Source: an uncultured Marinoscillum sp.
GTDB taxonomy: Bacteria; Bacteroidota; Bacteroidia; Cytophagales; MED-G16
Reading direction: 5' to 3'
Assembly (NCBI GenBank): GCA_902529805.1
Contig: CABZXU010000007.1
Span: 877 to 64,876 of the forward strand
DNA: 64,000 nucleotides
The first letter of the stretch is position 1, and every line of letters begins with the position of its first letter. The position numbers and the translations under genes were made by a program. The notes under the pieces were generated by a model. It was not told the origin of the DNA. It worked only from the letters and a program-made list of their open reading frames with translations, and searched no databases. This document shows, in pieces, positions 56,659-64,000 of this stretch.

Positions 56659-58869
56659 TTAAAACCTATGGGTATAAGTAATTTTACTTGCACCTAAAAT
56701 CGAAGAGGTTTTATATTTTCCTGCATCATCAAACCAATTGTGATTATAAACAATATATATATCTGACCCAGGAGTGATAGTGTATTTAAATCTATTGTTC
56801 ATTCCTATTTGTTTGCTTACATCATCATATTGAATATTTGAAGAAAATGATATGAAAGGAGAAAAGTCAAAATCACCTAAAAAACGAATTAAGTTAGTTT
56901 TAAAATCTCCCTCATTTAAGTTAACTTTAGAATGTATATAACCTAAATTTAAATTTATTCCTGGAAAAGGTCTTACAGTTAAATTATTTTGATATTCAGT
57001 TCGATTACCAGACCAAAACCCTTCAATGTTTAGTTCAATTTCATAAACTAATTTTCTTTGATTTGCTGTTTCGAATTCAATTTGATGTGACCAATTTGAG
57101 TAGTTTCCAACAGGAATGATTACAGAGCTATCTCCTAAAATATTAAAATTATATTCAAGTACTTCGTAGTTTTTAATTATCTGATAAGATACTTCATCAC
57201 CACTTTCAAAGCGTATTGATAATGGGGTTAATCTAATATTTTGAGTTAACTTTTTCCAATTCAAACTCATAAGGTTTTCAAAACTAATTTCCCATGAAAA
57301 TTCTCTTATAAGTGAGCTTTTTTCTTGAAGTGGGGAAAACCTTATCCTTGGTTCAACTCTTCTAAATGAGTTTCTCCTAGAAAACCCAACTGCAGGGTCA
57401 TATGAGTTGCCAAATTCTCTGTAAGATAAACTTCCTGACCAAGGTTGATTTGGAAAATTTAATCGAAGACCTCTTGCCGATCTATCCCATATGCTATTAT
57501 TTAAATCATTTGGAGATTCTGGATTATGCATTATAGCAAATGCTTGAAATTGAAGGTTTTGATTTGACAGGAATGAAGATGTATTTAATGTTAAATCAAT
57601 ACCAAATGTATTTCTATCTTGTACCGGTTCTGTAAGTTGCTCTCCATTTTTGGTATGTCTTCTAGTATACAATATTCCAATGCTACTCTCTTTTAAAAAA
57701 TTTTGTTTTAGTCTAAGGACTGAAAATTCTTCACTATTAACCAAGTCTGTCTTTCTTGTCTTTACCTGTTGAGCTGCAATTTCAACTTTACCAATTTTTC
57801 CAATTATTCTTCCGCCATATAAAACCGGTATAGGACTTCCGGATTGAAGACCAATTTTTCTTGAAAAATATGGATATACTCCACTTCTAGGAGCAAACTG
57901 ATAGATATTTGCTCCTTCTAAAAAAAAATCTCTTTTTTCAGGAAATCGAATAGCAAACCTTGTAAGATTGATTTGTCTATCGTCTACCTCTGTTTCAGCA
58001 AAATCAGTATTAAGTGTAAGGGAAGCTTTCAATCCTGGTGTTAGATTATAATTAATATCTATTCCACCATCAATATTAGCATCTTTATTATATCCTATTC
58101 CTGAATCTTTTTCAACTTTAGAAGCTTCTGTTTTTCCATATCCTACAATTTCAAGACCTAATCCTTGTGAGATATCATTAAGATTTGTTAGTCTTCCTGC
58201 ATTTTGTGGTCTGAATAGCCCTTGATTTCTTTTGTGTCCTGACCATAATATTTCTTCATTTTTTCTTCTTACTGTTCTTTGAAAGTTTATTCCCCATGTA
58301 CTAATTTTTGGATCAAAATTCAAAGTATGAAAAGGTATACGTATTTCTGTTGACCACCCAAAATCACCAATAAACGTCCAAGGCCTCCAAATTCCATCCC
58401 AATTTTTATTTAAACTTAAGCCTTGACCTATTGTTAGTAGTCCATCTCCCATCAACCCTTTAGGGTTTATTTCAAAAAAATATGCATTTCTTCCATCAAG
58501 ATACGTATCAAGTATCCACATGAACCTATCATCAGTATTTAAAGGGGAATCTTTTCTCATTTTAAAAGATTTGATTCCATCAGGGTTGGAATCATATAAA
58601 ACTGCACCTATATAAAGGTAGTTTTGATCATAAGCTACCTTAATTACTGTATTTTCTGTAGGTTCACCTCCTTGGATAGGTTCTTGCATCAAAAAATCTT
58701 TAATTCCAATGATGTTATTCCAAAATGGTTCATCAAGTTTACCATCAAGTTTTATTTCTTCAGAATTAATTCTTATTGCTTCGAAAGACTTTTGAGTAAC
58801 ATTTTGAGATTGACTATGAAGATTTATTGAAAAAAAAATTAGAAAGATAGTATGGAAAAATCTTTTCAT
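56659..58869 (-). CDS. DUF5916 / carbohydrate-binding family 9-like domain protein (probable outer-membrane beta-barrel)
   Basis: Signal peptide ending HSQ. N-terminal IKLDGKLDEPFWN CBM9-like region, a long beta-rich C-terminal part, and a terminal aromatic residue (TYTHRF). Confidence 0.7.
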   Translation of the reverse strand: MKRFFHTIFLIFFSINLHSQSQNVTQKSFEAIRINSEEIKLDGKLDEPFWNNIIGIKDFLMQEPIQGGEPTENTVIKVAYDQNYLYIGAVLYDSNPDGIKSFKMRKDSPLNTDDRFMWILDTYLDGRNAYFFEINPKGLMGDGLLTIGQGLSLNKNWDGIWRPWTFIGDFGWSTEIRIPFHTLNFDPKISTWGINFQRTVRRKNEEILWSGHKRNQGLFRPQNAGRLTNLNDISQGLGLEIVGYGKTEASKVEKDSGIGYNKDANIDGGIDINYNLTPGLKASLTLNTDFAETEVDDRQINLTRFAIRFPEKRDFFLEGANIYQFAPRSGVYPYFSRKIGLQSGSPIPVLYGGRIIGKIGKVEIAAQQVKTRKTDLVNSEEFSVLRLKQNFLKESSIGILYTRRHTKNGEQLTEPVQDRNTFGIDLTLNTSSFLSNQNLQFQAFAIMHNPESPNDLNNSIWDRSARGLRLNFPNQPWSGSLSYREFGNSYDPAVGFSRRNSFRRVEPRIRFSPLQEKSSLIREFSWEISFENLMSLNWKKLTQNIRLTPLSIRFESGDEVSYQIIKNYEVLEYNFNILGDSSVIIPVGNYSNWSHQIEFETANQRKLVYEIELNIEGFWSGNRTEYQNNLTVRPFPGINLNLGYIHSKVNLNEGDFKTNLIRFLGDFDFSPFISFSSNIQYDDVSKQIGMNNRFKYTITPGSDIYIVYNHNWFDDAGKYKTSSILGASKITYTHRF

Positions 58870-58945
58870 AATTTTATCTTTTCAATATTTTAAATGATCT
58901 TTTTTATTAGCTTAAGTCGTCAATTTGGATATAATTTTTACAAAA

Positions 58946-59119
58946 TTATTTTTTTCCAACAAAGAATGAACTTATGATCATACCAACACCTACAAATAAT
59001 AGTCCAATAGCAATAGTAATTGAATTATCATCAGTTCCTCCAATTGATTGAGAGCTAAAATACATACTTAAAAGATTTACTGGAACACTTCCCAGCATCA
59101 ATATTGATCTAATATCCAT
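58946..59119 (-). CDS. possible small membrane protein (57 aa), unannotated in the ORF track
   Basis: ATG...TAA ORF: MDIRSILMLGSVPVNLLSMYFSSQSIGGTDDNSITIAIGLLFVGVGMIISSFFVGKK, with one clear C-terminal TM. No homology recognised; support is length and hydrophobicity only. Confidence 0.25.
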   Translation of the reverse strand: MDIRSILMLGSVPVNLLSMYFSSQSIGGTDDNSITIAIGLLFVGVGMIISSFFVGKK

Positions 59120-59296
59120 ACAACTAAACTACATAAACTTTGATTAACAACCAATTATTTTTATTAATTCAAGATATTAAGCTTGTTGTTTAATAACAAT
59201 TATTTAACACATTGATAACGATTTTCTAATCAGATAAATATTGCATACAAAAAATTAAATTCTACATTGCAACTCGATTTTGGGTTAATGTTGTTT

Positions 59297-59327
59297 AGGG
59301 GGTCATTTATTGACCCTCTTTCTTTTA
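59297..59327 (+). terminator. orphan GC-rich hairpin with a T-rich tail (terminator/attenuator-like) in the leader of the next gene
   Basis: agggggtca-tttat-tgaccctct forms a 9-bp stem with one G-U, followed by ttcttttac. It is the only GC-rich hairpin in an otherwise AT-only intergenic region, and no plus-strand gene lies upstream. Confidence 0.35.
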
Positions 59328-59362
59328 CTAATACAATCATTAATTGTTTATATTTAGACTTT

Positions 59363-60793
59363 ATGAAAAAATCTTACGCTATAATTTTAATATTTTTTTT
59401 CTTTTTACTTTTTGGATGTAATGATCAAAAACCTGTTGATCTTAGTTCCTTACTTAAAGAATACGTTTCAAAAGAGGACCCCTCTTTTGGATATGAAATT
59501 ACTGATACAATTCAAGGAGATAACTGGAATGAATATAGAATAAAAATGGTTTCAGGAACATGGCTTAGTCCTGATGACTTTGATGACGATTCAAATGAAT
59601 GGTGGCATTGGGTTTCTATGATTGTCCCAGACGAGATTGAACAATCTGAATCAATAATCATTATAGGGGCTGGATCTAAAGATGATTATAAAGGAATGAA
59701 AAGTGAGGATATTGAAACCAATAAAGAAAATCTTAAAATAGCACTAAATACCAAATCTATCGTTACTGAAATCACGAATATTCCTTTTCAACCTATTGAC
59801 TTTTCAAATGATGGTAAGGGTATTCGATATGAAGATGATTTAATTGCTTATGGGTGGAGGCAGTTTTTAGAAAAGGGTGCAAAAGTTGAATATACAGAAT
59901 GGCTTGCTCGTTTTCCTATGACAAGAGCTGTTGTTAAAGCTATGGATGTTGTACAGGAGTTAACTCAAGGTTTAGAAATCTCTATTGATAGTTTTTTTGT
60001 AACTGGCGCATCCAAAAGAGGATGGGCTACATGGACTACTGCAATTGCTGATGATCGAGTGATGGGAATAGCGCCAGTGGTTATAGATATTTTGAATTTA
60101 TTTCCTTCTTTTCAGCATCACTGGAGAGTGTATGGAGAGTGGTCTCCTGCAGTTGAAGACTATGTAAATGAGATGATCATGGATTGGACAGGTTCTAAAG
60201 AATATGAGGTAATAATAGATATTACAGATCCTTATTCTTACAGAGAGCAGCTTACATTACCTAAGTTTATTGTAAATGCTACTAGCGATGAATTTTTTGT
60301 TACAGACTCATGGCAATTCTATTGGGATGATCTTATAGGCAAAAAACATTTGCAATACCTTCCCAATACCGGACATGGCCTTTATGGAACCTATAAAACA
60401 CCAAGTATGGTTTCTTATTATAATCATTTGATCTCTGATATAGAAATTCCTAAATATAATTGGAATATTAGTGGGGATACAATTAATATTTCAATCAATA
60501 CTTCTAATGATTATGAGTTAAGAAAATGGGAGGTTATTAATGAAACGGAGCGTGATTTTAGAATATATAAGATAGGGGAGAGTTGGGCTTCAGAGGCAAT
60601 TGAAAAAACTGATGATGGGAATTACTCTATAGTCATTGAAAAACCTGAAAATGGTTATAAAGCGGCTTTTATAGAGGTATTATTTAATCCTGAATCCAAA
60701 TTTCCTCTTGGTTTTAGCTCAGGAACGTTAGTTACCCCAAATACTTACCCTTTTTCAGAATTTATCTCAAAAAACCCTAAGGGGACTTATTAA
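59363..60793 (+). CDS. PhoPQ-activated pathogenicity-related (PqaA-type) family protein, lipoprotein
   Basis: Start moved to MKKSYAIILIFFFFLLFGC (lipobox). WWHWVSMIVPD and GASKRGWATWTTA motifs, as I recall them for the PhoPQ_related alpha/beta-hydrolase-like family. Confidence 0.65.
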   Translation: MKKSYAIILIFFFFLLFGCNDQKPVDLSSLLKEYVSKEDPSFGYEITDTIQGDNWNEYRIKMVSGTWLSPDDFDDDSNEWWHWVSMIVPDEIEQSESIIIIGAGSKDDYKGMKSEDIETNKENLKIALNTKSIVTEITNIPFQPIDFSNDGKGIRYEDDLIAYGWRQFLEKGAKVEYTEWLARFPMTRAVVKAMDVVQELTQGLEISIDSFFVTGASKRGWATWTTAIADDRVMGIAPVVIDILNLFPSFQHHWRVYGEWSPAVEDYVNEMIMDWTGSKEYEVIIDITDPYSYREQLTLPKFIVNATSDEFFVTDSWQFYWDDLIGKKHLQYLPNTGHGLYGTYKTPSMVSYYNHLISDIEIPKYNWNISGDTINISINTSNDYELRKWEVINETERDFRIYKIGESWASEAIEKTDDGNYSIVIEKPENGYKAAFIEVLFNPESKFPLGFSSGTLVTPNTYPFSEFISKNPKGTY

Positions 60794-60804
60794 AAAAGTA
60801 ATTA

Positions 60805-61995
60805 CTACAGACCATTATTTTGTGTTACCCCTATACAATAATATCCATCATTTAGGTTAACACTTGAAAACACAACATTATCGCTATTGATTATGTTGTT
60901 AGCAGTTCTCACGATAGAAAAATCTCCTGAAGTATTAGATCTATATAATAATTTGTAATGTGTTACTGGGTTTACTGTTAATAAATTATTTCCTGTAACA
61001 TCTCTAATATCAAATATCATTGTTGTTGAATTGACCGCACCAGTTTCATCGGTATTCCAAATTCTTTTTGATCGTCTAACTACTCCAGCAGGAAGATCAG
61101 AAGTAGAAGAGCTAGATAGATTGTTATTTCCAAAAACAACAAAGTTTTCTTCTGCCAAAATACTTGATACACTCATAGTCAATCCATTTGAAGGTTGAGA
61201 AGCATTTGTTCCTGTCATCCTCCACAACCCTTCAATATCTGTTTCATAATCATCATTTAAGAAACCTATTGGAACGTATGAATCTACCCAATCATTGCTG
61301 TTCATTCCACCTGTCATCGATCCATTTTTTGAATTAGTACTATTATCTGTTAGTGTAGTTCCTGAACCATTACTCATTTTATAATATGCTTTGAGATTAC
61401 TTTCATTACCTTCTAATTCTTTGAACATATTCGATTTTATTTCTGTTGCAGTTCTTGCATCATTCCAAATTCTCAGTTCATCAATTTTCCCATCTATAGT
61501 AAGGCTTCCATTAGCTTTACCAATATACTTCCAATATAATTTTGCATTTGAAAGATTTTTTGTTCCTTTAGATGCTCCATTTACAAACAATTCAACATTG
61601 TTATTTTTACCAACCCATACAACATGCTCCCACTTACCAATTGATGTAATATAATTCCATTTCCAATCGGTATTTCCAAATTTTGTGATGCCAAGTTTAT
61701 GAGTATTATTCCACTGCTCTAGTTTTAGAGCCCAACATCCTGAACCACATCTCCAAAGAAGATTAGCTCCATTATTATTTGATGCTCTTTCATACCAAAC
61801 TTCTACAGTCCATGGAGGGTTCAAATCTGAACCATTGATTTGAATATTATCTCCATTTCCATCAAATTCTAGAGCATAATTAACAAATGGAATTGGCGGA
61901 TCGGGTTTTTGTATTCCATGAAATGTTGGAAGAGAAATTTGAGATAACAGATTATTGAATGTTAATAAAAATAAAAATATAATATAATATTTCAT
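60805..61995 (-). CDS. exported LamG/concanavalin-A-like (Laminin_G_3) domain protein sharing the QISLPTFHG leader
   Basis: Signal peptide. ALEFDGNGDNIQI ... GKIDELRIWNDARTATEI is typical of LamG-type lectin folds. The C-terminal ~170 aa are unassigned. Confidence 0.7.
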   Translation of the reverse strand: MKYYIIFLFLLTFNNLLSQISLPTFHGIQKPDPPIPFVNYALEFDGNGDNIQINGSDLNPPWTVEVWYERASNNNGANLLWRCGSGCWALKLEQWNNTHKLGITKFGNTDWKWNYITSIGKWEHVVWVGKNNNVELFVNGASKGTKNLSNAKLYWKYIGKANGSLTIDGKIDELRIWNDARTATEIKSNMFKELEGNESNLKAYYKMSNGSGTTLTDNSTNSKNGSMTGGMNSNDWVDSYVPIGFLNDDYETDIEGLWRMTGTNASQPSNGLTMSVSSILAEENFVVFGNNNLSSSSTSDLPAGVVRRSKRIWNTDETGAVNSTTMIFDIRDVTGNNLLTVNPVTHYKLLYRSNTSGDFSIVRTANNIINSDNVVFSSVNLNDGYYCIGVTQNNGL

Positions 61996-62094
61996 TTTTG
62001 GAAGAATAATAAAACAAAGATATTAATTAATCAATACTTAATTTTATTATTATAAAATCCTTAATTTTAGAACACTTAATACATTAACCGAGTA

Positions 62095-62784
62095 ATGAGA
62101 TTTTTTGTTTTTATTGTATGTGCCCTTACTTCACAAGTCATACTTTCAAATTATGTGAATGCCCAAATGATGATTAATTTAAATAAGTATAAGGAGGAAA
62201 ATTCAAGTCTTGGTCTACCAAAGCAAGGAGAAAATAGAATTGTATTTATGGGGAATTCTATTACTGAGGATTGGAAATCTCTTAGTCCAAATTTTTTTTT
62301 AGATAATAATTATGTAAACAGGGGAATAGGAGGTGAAACTTCTACTCAAATGTTACTTAGATTTAGATCTGATGTTATAAATCTTAAACCTAGTGCAGTA
62401 GTTATATTAGCAGGTATAAATGATATTGCAGAGAACCAAGGTCCAATATCTATTCCTAATATAGCAAGAAATATTTTTTTTATGAGTCAATTAGCCTCTG
62501 AAAATAATATTAAAGTTATTTTATGTTCTGTACTTCCTGCTTATGATTTTCCATGGAGACCAGGATTAAATCCAAAAGATAAGGTTATATCTTTAAATGA
62601 TCTTATTCAAAAACATTCACAAGAAAATAGTTTTGAATATGTTGATTATTTTTCAAGTATGGTAGATGAAAGAAAGGGATTGATCAAAGAGTATGGCAAT
62701 GACGAGGTTCATCCAAATTTGGAAGGGTATAAGGTTATGGAATCTATAATTCAGAAATCAATAAATAAAGTCCTAAAAAAATAA
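62095..62784 (+). CDS. SGNH/GDSL hydrolase family protein, exported
   Basis: Block I FMGNSITEDW, block III GINDI, block V DEVHPN; signal peptide ending NAQ. Confidence 0.8.
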   Translation: MRFFVFIVCALTSQVILSNYVNAQMMINLNKYKEENSSLGLPKQGENRIVFMGNSITEDWKSLSPNFFLDNNYVNRGIGGETSTQMLLRFRSDVINLKPSAVVILAGINDIAENQGPISIPNIARNIFFMSQLASENNIKVILCSVLPAYDFPWRPGLNPKDKVISLNDLIQKHSQENSFEYVDYFSSMVDERKGLIKEYGNDEVHPNLEGYKVMESIIQKSINKVLKK

Positions 62785-64000
62785 TTAGTTTCTGTACTTA
62801 TTAAACCATGCAAGTACATGATCAACTTTTGTTATTAGCTGACTAGGTCTATTGGAAATATTATGATAGGATTCAGGAATTTCTACATAAACTGTTTCTA
62901 TTTTCCTAAGTTTCAAAGCATGATAAAGCTGTTTTGCTTCTGAAGGCGGTGTTCTTAAATCTTTTAAACCAACCATAACCATTGTAGGCGTTTTTACATT
63001 TCCAACTAATGAAATAGGAGAAAACTTCCAATACTCTTCAAAATTTTCCCATGGCTGGTCTTTGTATCTAGAATTTGCATATCCATAATAATTATCTGCA
63101 GTTAAAGTCTTTGAAATCCAATTCATAACAGGTTTAGCAACTACAGCAGCTTTAAACCTATCATTTTTCCCAATAATCCAAGCAGTCATAATTCCACCGG
63201 CACTTCCTCCAGTTACAAATAAATTATTTTCATCTATATATCCTGTTTTAATCATTTCATCAACTCCATCCATTACATCATGATAATCATCTCCAGGATA
63301 ATTTCTATATAATAGATTTCCAAATTCCTCACCATAACTTGTACTACCTCTTGGGTTTGGATAAAAAACTACATAATCGCTTGCTGAATAAAGGAGAATT
63401 TCAGGTGAAAATCTATCTCCATAATTGCTAATTGGTCCGCCATGATTTTCAACAATCAATGGGTATTTAATATTTTTATTAAAATTTGGGGGTTTAGCTA
63501 TCCATCCTTGAATCTTTCTTCCGTCTACTGAAGACTTATACCAAATTTCTTCAACTGTTCCTAGGTCTCTATTACCTAACAAATCCTTATTAAGATTAGT
63601 AACTTTTTTTACAGTTTTACCATCAAAATAAGCTACGTCTGATGGGTGATATGGTGAAGTTATGGTATAAGCAATTTTACCATTGCTGGAAACAGAATAT
63701 GAACCTCCCCCATATGGTCTTCCAATTGTAGTACCTCCAAGGTCATCACATAGTTTTTTAGTATTTCCTTTTAAATTAATGTACCCAATTTTAGTATTTC
63801 CATTATCATCATAAGTAAAGTATAGCCCAATATTATCTTCAGACCAATTTAAATTGGAAATGTCTCTATCTAAAGTTGTTTTGATTTCAGTTTTATTTGA
63901 ACCATCGACATTCATAACATACAACTTTGATATTTGATATGTTTGAACCTTATCATCATAACCTAGGTAAGCTATTTTTTTTCCATCAGGGGAAATAGAA
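62785..64000 (-). CDS. S9 family serine peptidase (prolyl oligopeptidase / acylaminoacyl-peptidase type), 5' end beyond the window
   Basis: C-terminal alpha/beta-hydrolase domain with nucleophile GGSAGG. The reading frame stays open upstream of the track's TTG to the window edge (…SISPDGKKIAYLGYDDKVQTYQISKLYVMNVDG…), which is typical beta-propeller sequence. Confidence 0.85.
   Translation of the reverse strand, partial: SISPDGKKIAYLGYDDKVQTYQISKLYVMNVDGSNKTEIKTTLDRDISNLNWSEDNIGLYFTYDDNGNTKIGYINLKGNTKKLCDDLGGTTIGRPYGGGSYSVSSNGKIAYTITSPYHPSDVAYFDGKTVKKVTNLNKDLLGNRDLGTVEEIWYKSSVDGRKIQGWIAKPPNFNKNIKYPLIVENHGGPISNYGDRFSPEILLYSASDYVVFYPNPRGSTSYGEEFGNLLYRNYPGDDYHDVMDGVDEMIKTGYIDENNLFVTGGSAGGIMTAWIIGKNDRFKAAVVAKPVMNWISKTLTADNYYGYANSRYKDQPWENFEEYWKFSPISLVGNVKTPTMVMVGLKDLRTPPSEAKQLYHALKLRKIETVYVEIPESYHNISNRPSQLITKVDHVLAWFNKYRN

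Noticed and set aside
59267-59362. N-terminal extensions proposed by the ORF track at 59267 (TTG start), 36100, 41810, 18747 and 27548
   Set aside because: In each case an internal ATG gives a canonical signal peptide or lipobox N-terminus, or an ATGA-coupled start. The upstream extension is hydrophilic or odd sequence running through intergenic-looking DNA; for 59267 it runs through a GC hairpin.

Overview
Visibly AT-rich (about 30% G+C by eye, not computed), gene-dense chromosomal segment. It looks like a streamlined marine Bacteroidota / Flavobacteriia-type bacterium. Supporting signs: a T9SS type-B (gliding-motility) C-terminal domain protein, a fused E1 alpha/beta 2-oxoacid dehydrogenase, DUF5916, DUF2911 and DUF1080 proteins, an Nqr Na+-pump operon, Gln at +1 of most signal peptides, and no Shine-Dalgarno sequences. 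I can support about 65 CDS, two tRNAs (Ser-GGA, Lys-TTT) and a type-A RNase P RNA. Most genes are housekeeping: rsmA, mgtE, greA, ruvC, tsaD, smpB, asnB, fabH, cmk, rsmE, hslV, PDH E2, ald, nqrABCDE. I saw no CRISPR array, transposase, integrase, rRNA or obvious prophage or defence island. The most unusual content is a tandem pair of exported glycine-rich proteins (31979-34011) just downstream of asnB. By eye they are collinear with the extracellular TNF-like plus glycine-rich (polyglycine-II) ligand-binding module of the animal receptor kinases ALK/LTK. The first copy looks like a circular permutant of the second. The second copy carries a nucleotide fossil of the asnB 3' end, which marks a tandem duplication. 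Both share a conserved mature N-terminal peptide, Q-I-[SA]-L-P-T-F-[HY]-[GA], with an unrelated LamG protein 27 kb away. Lesser oddities: an SRAP/YedK-like protein with all catalytic residues replaced, an nqr operon without nqrF, an exported MsrB coupled by ATGA overlaps to crcB and an ALDH, a solitary propeptide-bearing hslV, and an orphan GC-rich hairpin. All homology statements come from reading motifs by eye and from memory; no searches were run.
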